The notes below the pieces were generated by a model that was not told the DNA's origin, did no database searches, and saw only the letters and a list, made by a program, of their open reading frames with translations. Shown here piece by piece: positions 1 to 13,247 of a stretch of DNA of 64,000 bases. Location of the stretch: contig OZ024740.1 of the NCBI GenBank assembly GCA_964016885.1, positions 8,308,001 through 8,372,000 on the forward strand, given 5' to 3'. The position numbers were made by a program, and so were the translations under genes. The DNA is from Eledone cirrhosa. Its lineage: Eukaryota. Every line of letters starts with the position of its first letter. Position 1 is the first letter of the stretch.

Positions 1-675
1 GGCCGGTGTTCTGGTGCAATAAGTAGCAGCAAGTGCCCACACAATACTAGCTCTTTCAATTGCGCAGAGGGTTCTATAGAAATAGTGGACAGCTTCCGTT
101 ACCTGGGCGATAAAATCAGCAGTGGGGGAGGGTGCTCTGAAAGTACTGTAGCTAGAGTCAGAACTGGTTGGAAAAAGTTCAGAGAGCTTATACCACTATT
201 AGCTGCTAAAGGGTTCTCCCTAAAAATGAAAGGCAGGTTGTACGATGCCTGCATACGAACAGCAATGTTGCATGGTAGTGAGACCTGGGCATTGTGTGCA
301 GAGGATATACGCAGACTAGAGAGGAACGAAGCTTGCATGCTCCGCTGGATGTGTAACAGTAATATACGTGAACGGCAAAGCATAAACGAACTAAGGAAAA
401 AATTAGAGATAAGAGGGATCAGATGTTGTTTACTCGAGAGAAGGCTACGTTGGTATGGACACGTGATGCGCATGAAAGTCGATAGCTGTATAACAAAGTG
501 CAGGGCAATAAAGATAGACGGTAGCCACGGAATAGGCAGACCTAGAAAAACCTGGGACGAGCTGATAAACTCCGACCTCACACACTTACACCTCTCCAAG
601 ACAATGTCACTGGACCGAGACCTTTGGCGGTACTCAGTAACAGAGAAGACCCGCCTTGCCAGTAGGCATCTCTAA
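1..675 (+). CDS. RTE ORF2 C-terminal fragment (5'-partial; last Cys of the PHD-type finger, RT YLG motif, C-terminal domain)
   Basis: Frame is open from base 1 (GRCSGAISSS...) through track ORF 85..675. It is uninterrupted at the position where the 58-62 kb copy is frameshifted. Confidence 0.88.
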   Translation, partial: GRCSGAISSSKCPHNTSSFNCAEGSIEIVDSFRYLGDKISSGGGCSESTVARVRTGWKKFRELIPLLAAKGFSLKMKGRLYDACIRTAMLHGSETWALCAEDIRRLERNEACMLRWMCNSNIRERQSINELRKKLEIRGIRCCLLERRLRWYGHVMRMKVDSCITKCRAIKIDGSHGIGRPRKTWDELINSDLTHLHLSKTMSLDRDLWRYSVTEKTRLASRHL

Positions 676-1033
676 CAAAATACACCCCGTCCCACCACCA
701 CCACCCCCACCCCATCCACACCACCCCGTCCTATGTAAAGTTATGTTGGTGCCGCGCCATCCGGGCCGAAACAAATGAGATCGTGTAGGTGTCACGACAA
801 AAAAACACACAGTCCACGCTGTAATGTGGCCGTGTAGGCAACACGGTAAAAACCTCCCAGACCCACACTGTAAATGTGGTTGGTGTTAGGAAGGGCATCC
901 AACTGTAGAAAACCTGCCAGACAGTCCTATGCGAGCAAGACAATCACTCTTGCCTCAAGTGGGACTACCCCCGTCCAAACCCATGCAAGCGTGGAACACG
1001 GACGTTAAACGTTGATGATGATGATGATGATGA
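1..1033 (+). mobile_element. RTE-clade LINE, 3' part (runs off the left edge of the window); ORF2 C-terminus, structured 3' UTR and (TGA)7 tail
   Basis: Near-identical to 61304-62473. Encodes ...DSFRYLG...LHGSETW...RRLRWYGHVMR...GRPRKTW, the typical RTE post-RT C-terminus. Ends in a (TGA)n tail at 1013-1033 abutting satellite. Confidence 0.93.
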
Positions 1034-4000
1034 CGTCAGTTTTGATTGCTATATCAGTTTCAATTGGGATGTCAGTTTCGATTGGTATGTCAGTTTCGAT
1101 TGGTTTATCAGTTCCGATTGGTATGTAAGTTTTGATTGGTATGTCAGTTTCGATTGGTATATCTGTTTCGATTGGTATATCAGTTTCTATTGGTATGTCA
1201 GTTTCTATTGGTATGTCAGTTTCTATTGGTATATCAGTTTCGATTGGTATATCAGTTTCCATTGATATATCAGTTTCGAATAGTATGTCAGTTTCTACTG
1301 GTATGTCAGTTTCGATTAGTATATCAGTTTCTATTGGTATGTCAGTTTCGATTGGTATATCAGTTTCGATTTGTATATCAGTTCCTATTGCTATATCAGT
1401 TTCTATTGGTATGTCAGTTTCAATTGGTATGTAAGTTTCGATTGATATATCAGTTTCGATTGGTATGTCAGTTTCGATTGGTATATCAGTTTCGATTGGT
1501 ATGTCAATTTCAATTAGTATATCAGTTTCTATTGGTATATCAGTCTAGATTGGTAGGTCAGTTTCGATTAGTATATCAATCTCTATAGGTATGTCAATTT
1601 CTATTGGTATATCTGTTTCGATTGGTATATCAGTTTCGATTAGTATGTCAGTTTCTATTGGTATGTCAGTTTCTACTAGTATGTCAGTTTCTACTAGTAT
1701 GTCAGTTTCGATTAGTATATCAGTTTCTATTGGTATGTCAGTTTCTATTGGTATATCAGTTTCGATTGGTATATCAGTTTCGATTAGTATGTCAGTTTCT
1801 ATTGGTATGTTAGTTTCGATTAGTATATCAGTTTCTATTGGTATGTCAGTTTCGATCGGTATGTCAGTTCCTATTGATATATCAGTTTCGATTGGTATAT
1901 CAGTTTCGATTGGTATGTCAGTTTCTATTGGTATATCATTTTCTATTGGTATGTCAGTTTTGATTGGTATATCAGTTTCGATTTGTATCTCAGTTTCGAT
2001 TGGTATGTCAGTTTCGATTGGTATATCAGTTCCAATTGGTATGTCAGTTTCGATTGGTATGTCAGTTTCGATTGGTATATCAGTTTCGATTGGTATGTCA
2101 GTTTCGATTGGCATGTCAATTTCAATTGGTATATCAGTTTCTATTGGTATGTCAGTTTCCAGTGGTATGTCAGTTTCTATTGGTATATCAGTGTCGATTG
2201 ATATATCAGTTTCGATTAGTATGTCAGTTTCTACTGGTATGTCAGTTTCGATTAGTATATCAGTTTCTATTGGTATGTCAGTTTCGATAGGTATATCAGT
2301 TTCGATTTGTATATCAGTTCCTATTGCTATATCAGTTTCTATTGGTATGTCTGTTTCAATTGGTATATCAGTTTCTATTGGTATGTCAGTTTCTAATGGT
2401 ATGTCAGTTTCTATTGGTATATCAGCTTCGATTGGTATATCACTTTCGATTAGTATGTCAGTTTCTATTGGTATGTCAGTTTTGATTGGTATATCAGTTT
2501 CAAATGGTATGTCAGTTTCGATTGGTATATCAGTTCCTATTGCTATATCAGTTTCTATTGGTATGTCAGTTTCTATTGGTATGTCAGTTTCAATTGGTAT
2601 GTAAGTTTCGATTGATATATCAGTTTCGATTGGTATGTCAGTTTCGATTGGTATATCAGTTTCGATTGGTATGTCAATTTCAATTTGTATGTCAGTTTCT
2701 ACTGGTATGTCAGTTTCGATTATTATATCAGTTTCTAATGGTATGTCAGTTTCTATTCGTATATCAGATTCGATTGGTATATCACTTTCGATTAGTATGT
2801 CAGTTTCTATTGGTATGTCAGTTTTGATTGGTATATCAGTTTCAATTGGTATGTCAGTTTTGATTGGTATGTCAGTTTCGATTGGTTTATCAGTTCCGAT
2901 TGGTATGTAAGTTTTGATTGGTATGTCAGTTTCGATTGGTATATCAGTTTCGATTGGGATGTCAGTTTCGATTGGTATATCAATTTCTATTTGTATACCG
3001 GTTCCTATTGCTATATCAGTTTCTATTGGTATGTCAGTTTCGATTGGTCTATCAGTTTGGATTGGTATGTCAGTTTCAATTGGTATGTAAGTTTCGATTG
3101 GTATATCAGTTTCGATTGGTATGTCAGTTTCGATTGGTATATCAGTTTCGATTGGTATGTCAATTTCAATTAGTATGTCAGTTTCGATTGGTATATCAGT
3201 TTCTATTGGGATGTCAGTTTCGATTAGTATATCAGTTTCTATTGGTATGTCAGTTTCGATTGGTATATCAATTTCGATTTGTATATCAGTTCCTATTGCT
3301 ATATCAGTTTCGATTGGTATGTCAGTTTCGATTGGTATATCAGTTTCGATTGGTATGTCAATTTCAATTAGTATGTCAGTTTCTATTGGTATATCAGTTG
3401 CAATTGGTATGTCATTTTCGATTAGTATATCAGTTTCTATAGGTATGTCAGTTTCTATTGTTATATCAGTTTCGATTGCCATATCTGTTTCGATGGTATG
3501 TCAGTTTCGATTGGTATATCAGTTTCTATTGGTATATCAGTTTCGATTAATATATCAGTTTCGATTAGTATGTCAGTTTCTACTGGTATGTCAGTTTCGA
3601 TTAGTATATCAGTTTCTATTGGTATGTCAGTTTCGATTGGTATGTCAGTTTCTATTGGTATGTCAGTTTCGATTGGTATGTCAGTTTCTATTGGTATGTC
3701 AATTTCGATTGGTATATAAGTTTAGATTAGTATGTCAGTTTCTATTGGTATATCAGTTTCGATTGGTATATTAGTTTCGATTAGTAAATCAGTTTCTATA
3801 GGTATGTTAGTTTCTATTGGTATATCAGTTTCGACTGGTATATTAGTTTCGATTAGAATGTCAGTTTTGATTGTTATGTCAGTTTCGATTTGCATATCAG
3901 TTCCGATTGGAAAGTCAGTTTCGATTGGTATGTCAGTTTCGATTGGTATATCAGCTTCGATTGGTATATCACTTTCGATTAGTATGTCAGTTTCTATTGG

Positions 4001-7000
4001 TATGTCAGTTTTGATTGGTATATCAGTTTCAATTGGTATGTCAGTTTCGTTTGGTATGTCAGTTTTGATTGGTATGTCAGTTTCGATTGGTATATCAGTT
4101 TCGATTGGTATATCAGTTTCTATTGGTATATCAGTTTCTATTGGTATGTCAGTTTCTATTGGTATATCAGTTTTGATTGGTATATCAGTTTCGATTGATA
4201 TATCACTTTCGAATAGTATGTCAGTTTCTACTGGTATGTCAGTTTCAATTGATATATCAGTTTCTATTGGTATGTCAGTTTCTAATGGTATGTCAGTTTC
4301 TATTGGTATATCAGCTTCGATTGGTATATCACTTTCGATTAGTATGTCAGTTTCTATTGGTATGTCAGTTTTGATTGGTATATCAGTTTCAAATGGTATG
4401 TCAGTTTCGATTGGTATATCAGTTCCTATTGCTATATCAGTTTCTATTGGTATGTCAGTTTCTATTGGTATGTCAGTTTCAATTGGTATGTAAGTTTCGA
4501 TTGATATATCAGTTTCGATTGGTATGTCAGTTTCGATTTGTATATCAGTTTCGATTGGTATGTCAATTTCAATTTGTATGTCAGTTTCTACTGGTATGTC
4601 AGTTTCGATTAGTATATCAGTTTCTAATGGTATGTCAGTTTCTATTGGTATATCAGATTCGATTGGTATATCACTTTCGATTAGTATGTCAGTTTCGATT
4701 GGTATGTCAGTTTTGATTGTTATATCAGTTTCAATTGGTATGTCAGTTTTGATTGGTATGTCAGTTTCGATTGGTTTATCAGTTCCGATCGGTATGTAAG
4801 TTTTGATTGGTATGTCAGTTTCGATTGGTATATCAGTTTCGATTGGGATGTCAGTTTCGATTGGTATATCAATTTCGATTTGTATACCGGTTCCTATTGC
4901 TATATCAGTTTCTATTGGTATGTCAGTTTCAATTGTTATGTAAGTTTCGATTGGTATATCAGTTTCGATTGGTATGTCAGTTTCGATTGGTATATCAGTT
5001 TCGATTGGTATGTCAATTTCAATTAGTATGTCAGTTTCGATTGGTATATCCGTTTCTATTGGGATGTCAGTTTCGATTAGTATATCAATTTCTATTGGTA
5101 TGTCAGTTTCGATTGGTATATCAATTTCGACTTGTATATCAGTTCCTATTGCTATATCAGTTTCGATTGGTATGTCAGTTTCGATTGGTATATCAGTTTC
5201 GATTGGTATGTCAATTTCAATTAGTATGTCAGTTTCTATTGATATATCAGTTTCGATTGGTATGTCATTTTCGATTAGTATATCAGTTTCTATAGGTATG
5301 TCAGTTTCTATTGTTATATCAGTTTCGATTGCCAAATCTGTTTCGATGGTATGTCAGTTTTGATTGGTATATCAGTTTCAATTGGTATGTCATTTTCCTT
5401 TGGTATGTCAGTTTTGATTGGTATGTCAGTTTCGATTGGTATATCAGTTTCGATTGGTATATCAGTTTCTATTGGTATATCAGTTTCTATTGGTATGTCA
5501 GTTTCTATTGGTATATCAGTTTTGATTGGTATATCAGTTTCGATTGATATATCACTTTCGAATAGTATGTCAGTTTCTACTGGTATGTCAGTTTCAATTG
5601 ATATATCAGTTTCTATTGGTATGTCAGTTTCTAATGGTATGTCAGTTTCTATTGGTATATCAGCTTCGATTGGTATATCACTTTCGATTAGTATGTCAGT
5701 TTCTATTGGTATGTCAGTTTTGATTGGTATATCAGTTTCAAATGGTATGTCAGTTTCGATTGGTATATCAGTTCCTATTGCTATATCAGTTTCTATTGGT
5801 ATGTCAGTTTCTATTGGTATGTCAGTTTCAATTGGTATGTAAGTTTCGATTGATATATCAGTTTCGATTGGTATGTCAGTTTCGATTTGTATATCAGTTT
5901 CGATTGGTATGTCAATTTCAATTTGTATGTCAGTTTCTACTGGTATGTCAGTTTCGATTAGTATATCAGTTTCTAATGGTATGTCAGTTTCTATTGGTAT
6001 AGCAGATTCGATTGGTATATCACTTTCGATTAGTATGTCAGTTTCGATTGGTATGTCAGTTTTGATTGTTATATCAGTTTCAATTGGTATGTCAGTTTTG
6101 ATTGGTATGTCAGTTTCGATTGGTTTATCAGTTCCGATTGGTATGTAAGTTTTGATTGGTATGTCAGTTTCGATTGGTATATCAGTTTCGATTGGGATGT
6201 CAGTTTCGATTGGTATATCAATTTCGATTTGTATACCGGTTCCTATTGCTATATCAGTTTCTATTGGTATGTCAGTTTCAATTGTTATGTAAGTTTCGAT
6301 TGGTATATCAGTTTCGATTGGTATGTCAGTTTCGATTGGTATATCAGTTTCGATTGGTATGTCAATTTCAATTAGTATGTCAGTTTCGATTGGTATATCC
6401 GTTTCTATTGGGATGTCAGTTTCGATTAGTATATCAATTTCTATTGGTATGTCAGTTTCGATTGGTATATCAATTTCGACTTGTATATCAGTTCCTATTG
6501 CTATATCAGTTTCGATTGGTATGTCAGTTTCGATTGGTATATCAATTTCGATTGGTATGTCAATTTCAATTAGTATGTCAGTTTCTATTGATATATCAGT
6601 TTCGATTGGTATGTCATTTTCGATTAGTATATCAGTTTCTATAGGTATGTCAGTTTCTATTGTTATATCAGTTTCGATTGCCAAATCTGTTTCGATGGTA
6701 TGTCAGTTTCGATTGGTATATCAGTTTCTATTGGTATATCAGTTTCGATTAATATATCACTTTCGATTAGTATGTCAGTTTCTACTGGTATGTCAGTTTC
6801 GATTAGTATATCAGTTTCTATTGATATGTCAGTTTCGATTGGTATGTCAGTTTCTATTGGTATGTCAGTTTCGATTGGTATGTCAGTTTCTATTGGTATG
6901 TCAATTTCGATTGGTATATAAGTTTAGATTAGTATGTCAGTTTCTATTGGTATATCAGTTTCGATTGGTATATTAGTTTCGATTAGTAAATCAGTTTCTA

Positions 7001-10000
7001 TAGGTATGTTAGTTTCTATTGGTATATCAGTTTCGACTGGTATATTAGTTTTTCGATTAGAATGTCAGTTTTGATCGTTATGTCAGTTTCGATTTGCATA
7101 TCAGTTCCGATTGGAAAGTCAGTTTCGATTGGTATGTCAGTTTCGATTGGTATATCAGTTTCGATTTGTATATCAGTTCCTATTGCTATATCAGTTTCTA
7201 TTGGTATGTCAGTTTCAATTGGTATATCAGTTTCTATTGGTATGTCAGTTTCTAATGGTATGTCAGTTTCTATTGGTATATCAGCTTCGATTGGTATATC
7301 ACTTTCGATTAGTATGTCAGTTTCTATTGGTATGTCAGTTTTGATTGGTATATCAGTTTCAATTGGTGTGTCAGTTTCTATTGCTATGTCAGTTTTGATT
7401 GGTATGTCAGTTTCGATTGGTATATCAGTTTCGATTGGTATATCAGTTTCTATTGGTATATCAGTTTCTATTGGTATGTCAGTTTCTATTGGTATATCAG
7501 TTTCGATTGGTATATCAGTTTCGATTCATATATCACTTTCGAATAGTATGTCAGTTTCTACTGGTATGTCAGTTCCGATTAGTATATCAGTTTCTATTGG
7601 TATGTCAGTTTCGATTGGTATATCAGTTTCGATTTGTATATCAGTTCCTATTGCTATATCAGCTTCTATTGGTATGTCAGTTTCTATTGGTATGTCAGTT
7701 TCAATTTGTATGTAAGTTTCGATTGATATATCAGTTTCGACTGGTATGTCAGTTTCGATTGGTATATCAGTTTCGATTGGTATGTCAATTTCAATTAGTA
7801 TATCAGTTTCTATTGGTATATCAGTTTCGATTGGTATGTCAGTTTCGATTAGTATATCAGTTTCTATAGGTATGTCAATTTCTATTGGTATATCTGTTTC
7901 GATTGGTATATCAGTTTCTATTGGTATATCAGTTTCGATTGATATATCAGTTTCTATTGGTATGTCAGTATCTATTGGTATGTCAGTTTCTATTGGTATA
8001 TCAGTTTCGATTGATATATCAGTTTCGATTGATATATCAGTTTCAAATAGTATGTCAGTTTCTACTGGTATGTCAGTTTCGATTAGTATATCAGTTTCTA
8101 TTGGTATGTCAGTTTCTAATGGTATGTCAGTTTCTATTGGTATATCAGCTTCGATTGGTATATCACTTTCGATTAGTATGTCAGTTTCTATTTGTACGTC
8201 AGTTTTGATTGCTATATCAGTTTCAATTGGTATGTCAGTTTTGATTGGTATGTCAGTTTCGATTGGTATATCAGTTTCGATTGGTATATCAGTTTCTATT
8301 GGTATGTCAGTTTCTATTGGTATGTCAGTTTCTATTGGTATATCAGTTTCGATTGGTATATCAGTTTCAATTGATATATCAGTTTCGAATAGTATGTCAG
8401 TTTCTACTGGTATGTCAGTTTCGATTGGTATATCAGTTTCGATTTGTATATCAGTTCCTATTGCTATATCAGTTTCTATTGGTATGTCAGTTTCAATTGG
8501 TATATCAGTTTCGATTGATATATCACTTTCGAATAGTATGTCAGTTTCTACTGGTATGTCAGTTTCAATTGGTATATCAGTTTCTATTGGTATGTCAGTT
8601 TCTAATGGTATGTCAGTTTCTATTGGTATATCAGCTTCGATTGGTATATCACTTTCGATTAGTATGTCAGTTTCTATTGGTATGTCAGTTTTGATTGGTA
8701 TATCAGTTTCAAATGGTATGTCAGTTTCGATTGGTATATCAGTTCCTATTGCTATATCAGTTTCTATTGGTATGTCAGTTTCTATTGGTATGTCAGTTTC
8801 AATTGGTATGTAAGTTTCGATTGATATATCAGTTTCGATTGGTATGTCAGTTTCGACTGGTATATCAGTTTCGATTGGTATGTCAATTTCAATTTGTATG
8901 TCAGTTTCTACTGGTATGTCAGTTTCGATTAGTATATCAGTTTCTAATGGTATGTCAGTTTCTATTGGTATATCAGATTCGATTGGTATATCTCTTTCGA
9001 TTAGTATGTCAGTTTCTATTGGTATGTCAGTTTTGATTGGTATATCAGTTTCAATTGGTATGTCAGTTTTGATTGGTATGTCAGTTTCGATTGGTTTATC
9101 AGTTCCGATTGGTATGTAAGTTTTGATTGGTATGTCAGTTTCGATTGGTATATCAGTTTCGAATGGTATGTCAGTTTCGATTGGTATATCAGTTTCGATT
9201 GGTATATCAATTTCGATTTGTATACCGGTTCCTATTGCTATATCAGTTTCTATTGGTATGTCAGTTTCAATTGGTATGTAAGTTTTGATTGGTATATCAG
9301 TTTCGATTGGTATGTCAGTTTCGATTGGTATATCAGTTTCGATTGGTATGTCAATTTCAATTAGTATGTCAGTTTCGATTGGTATATCAGTTTCTATTGG
9401 GATGTCAGTTTCGATTAGTATATCAGTTTCTATTGGTATGTCAGTTTCGATTGGTATATCAATTTCGATTTGTATATCAGTTCCTATTGCTATATCAGTT
9501 TCGATTGGTATGTCAGTTTCGATTGGTATATCAGTTTCGATTGGTATGTCAATTTCAATTAGTATGTCAGTTTCTATTGGTATATCAGTTTCGATTGGTA
9601 TGTCATTTTCGATTAGTATATCAGTTTCTATAGGTATGTCAGTTTCTATTGTTATATCAGTTTCGATTGCCAAATCTGTTTCGATGGTATGTCAGTTTCG
9701 ATTGGTATGTCAGTTTCTATTGGTATATCAGTTTCTATTGGTATATCAGTTTCGATTAATATATCAGTTTCGATTAGTATGTCAGTTTCTACTGGTATGT
9801 CAGTTTCGATTAGTACATCAGTTTCTATTGGTATGTCAGTTTCGATTGGTATGTCAGTTTCTATTGGTATGTCAGTTTCGATTGGTATGTCAATTTCGAT
9901 TGGTATATAAGTTTAGATTAGTATGTCAGTTTCTATTGGTATATCAGTTTCGATTGGTATATTAGTTTCGATTAGTAAATCAGTTTCTATAGGTATGTTA

Positions 10001-13000
10001 GTTTCTATTGGTATATCAGTTTCGACTGGTATATTAGTTTCGATTAGAATGTCAGTTTTGATTGTTATGTCAGTTTCGATTTGCATATCAGTTCCGATTG
10101 GAAAGTCAGTTTCGATTGGTATGTCAGTTTCGATTGGTATATCAGTTTCGATTTGTATATCAGTTCCTATTGCTATATCAGTTTCTATTGGTATGTCAGT
10201 TTCAATTGGTATATCAGTTTCTATTGGTATGTCAGTTTCTAATGGTATGTCAGTTTCTATTGGTATATCAGCTTCGATTGGTATATCACTTTCGATTAGT
10301 ATGTCAGTTTCTATTGGTATGTCAGTGTTGATTGGTATATCAGTTTCAATTGGTATGTCAGTTTCTATTGGTATGTCAGTTTTGATTGGTATGTCAGTTT
10401 CGATTGGTATATCAGTTTCGATTGGTATATCAGTTTCTATTGGTATCTCAGTTTCTAATGGTATGTCAGTTTCTATTGGTATATCAGCTTCGATTGGTAT
10501 ATCACTTTCGATTAGTATGTCAGTTTCTATTGGTATGTCAGTTTTGATTGGTATATCAGTTTCAAATGGTATGTCAGTTTCGATTGGTATATCAGTTCCT
10601 ATTGCTATATCAGTTTCTATTGGTATGTCAGTTTCTATTGGTATGTCAGTTTCAATTGGTATGTAAGTTTCGATTGATATATCAGTTTCGATTGGTATGT
10701 CAGTTTCGATTGGTATATCAGTTTCGATTGGTATGTCACTTTCGATTAGTATGTCAGTTTCTATTGGTATGTCAGTTTTGATTGGTATATCAGTTCCGAT
10801 TGGTATGTAAGTTTTGATTGGTATGTCAGTTTCGATTGGTATATCAGTTTCGATTGGGATGTCAGTTTCGATTGGTATATCAATTTCGATTTGTATACCG
10901 GTTCCTATTGCTATATCAGTTTCTATTGGTATGTCAGTTTCAATTGGTATGTAAGTTTCGATTGGTATATCAGTTTCGATTGGTATGTCAGTTTCGATTG
11001 GTATATCAGTTTCGATTGGTATGTCAATTTCAATTAGTATGTCAGTTTCGATTGGTATATCAGTTTCTATTGGGATGTCAGTTTCGATTAGTATATCAGT
11101 TTCTATTGGTATGTTAGTTTCGATTGGTATATCAATTTCGATTTGTATATCAGTTCCTATTGCTATATCAGTTTCGATTGGTATGTCAGTTTCGATTGGT
11201 ATATCAGTTTCGATTGGTATGTCAATTTCAATTAGTATGTCAGTTTCTATTGGTATATCAGTTTCGATTGGTATGTCATTTTCGATTAGTATATCAGTTT
11301 CTATAGGTATGTCAGTTTCTATTGTTATATCAGTTTCGATTGCCAAATCTGTTTCGATGGTATGTCAGTTTCGATTGGTATATCAGTTTCTATTGGTATA
11401 TCAGTTTCGATTAATATATCAGTTTCGATTAGTATGTCAGTTTCTACTGGTATGTCAGTTTCGATTAGTATATCAGTTTCTATTGGTATGTCAGTTTCGA
11501 TTGGTATGTCAGTTTCTATTGGTATGTCAGTTTCGATTGGTATGTCAGTTTCTATTGGTATGTCAATTTCGATTGGTATACAAGTTTAGATTAGTATGTC
11601 AGTTTCTATTGGTATATCAGTTTCGATTGGTATATTAGTTTCGATTAGTAAATCAGTTTCTATAGGTATGTTAGTTTCTATTGGTATATCAGTTTCGACT
11701 GGTATATTAGATTCGATTAGAATGTCAGTTTTGATTGTTATGTCAGTTTCGATTTGCATATCAGTTCCGATTGGAAAGTCAGTTTCGATTGGTATGTCAG
11801 TTTCGATTGGTATATCAGTTTCGATTTGTATATCAGTTCCTATTGCTATATCAGTTTCTATTGGTATGTCAGTTTCAATTGGTATATCAGTTTCTATTGG
11901 TATGTCAGTTTCTAATGGTATGTCAGTTTCTATTGGTAAATCAGCTCCGATTGGTATATCACTTTCGATTAGTATGTCAGTTTCTATTGGTATGTCAGTT
12001 TTGATTGGTATATCAGTTTCAATTGGTATGTCAGTTTCTATTGGTATGTCAGTTTTGATTGGTATGTCAGTTTCGATTGGTATATCAGTTTCGATTGGTA
12101 TATCAGTTTCTATTGGTATATCAGTTTCTATTGGTATGTCAGTTTCTATTGGTATATCAGTTTCGATTGGTATATCAGTTTTGATTGATATATCACTTTC
12201 GAATAGTATGTCAGTTTCTACTGGTATGTCAGTTTTGATTAGTATATCAGTTTCTATTGGTATGTCAGTTTCGATTGGTATATCAGTTTCGATTTGTATA
12301 TCAGTTCCTATTGCTATATCAGTTTCTATTGGTATGTCAGTTTCTAATGGTATGTCAGTTTCTATTGGTATATCAGCTTCGATTGGTATATCACTTTCGA
12401 TTAGTATGTCAGTTTCTATTGGTATGTCAGTTTTGATTGGTATATCAGTTTCAATTGGTATGTCAGTTTCTATTGGTATGTCAGTTTTGATTGGTATGTC
12501 AGTTTCGATTGGTATATCAGTTTCGATTGGTATATCAGTTTCTATTGGTATATCAGTTTCGATTGGTATATCAGTTTCGATTGATATATCACTTTCGAAT
12601 AGTATGTCAGTTTCTACTGGTATGTCAGTTTTGATTAGTATATCAGTTTCTATTGGTATGTCAGTTTCGATTGGTATATCAGTTTCGATTTGTATATCAG
12701 TTCCTATTGCTATATCAGTTTCTATTGGTATGTCAGTTTCTATTGGTATGTCAGTTTCAATTGGTATGTAAGTTTCGATTGATATATCAGTTTCGATTGG
12801 TATGTCAGTTTCGATTGGTATATCAGTTTCGATTGGTATGTCAATTTCAATTAGTATATCAGTTTCTATTGGTATATCAGTTTCGATTGGTATGTCAGTT
12901 TCGATTAGTATATCAGTTTCTATAGGTATGTCAATTTCTATTGGTATATCTGTTTCGATTGGTATATCAGTTTCTATTGGTATATCAGTTTCGATTGATA

Positions 13001-13086
13001 TATCAGTTTCGATTTGTATGTCAGTTTCTACTGGTATGTCAGTTTCGATTATTATATCAGTTTCTATTGGTATGTCAGTTTCTATC
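1034..13086. repeat. 18-bp satellite array, heterogeneous domain with irregular 1.3-3 kb higher-order units
   Basis: Tandem TCAGTTTCKATTGGTATR monomers. A diagnostic 17-bp deletion monomer (TCTGTTTCGATGGTATG) recurs near 3485, 5338, 6687, 9676 and 11349. Confidence 0.98.
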
Positions 13087-13247
13087 GGAACTCAGCACAA
13101 GATGAAAGTTTCAGTCTGTGTGATGATGGGCAGATCTGGAGGTTTGTCAAGGCTGGTGAAACGTGGAAGAGAGATACCAGCTGGTCTGAGTGTGATCTAC
13201 CCACAATAACTGGCAATGTAAAAACTGCTACAACTCTGGGAAACTAA
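13087..13247 (+). pseudogene. Probable C-terminal remnant of CR1 ORF1 (…NSAQDESFSLCDDGQIWRF…TTLGN*)
   Basis: Non-satellite open frame from the insertion junction to TAA at 13245-13247, overlapping the ORF2 frame. Its position matches an ORF1 end; no recognisable domain is visible. Confidence 0.55.
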
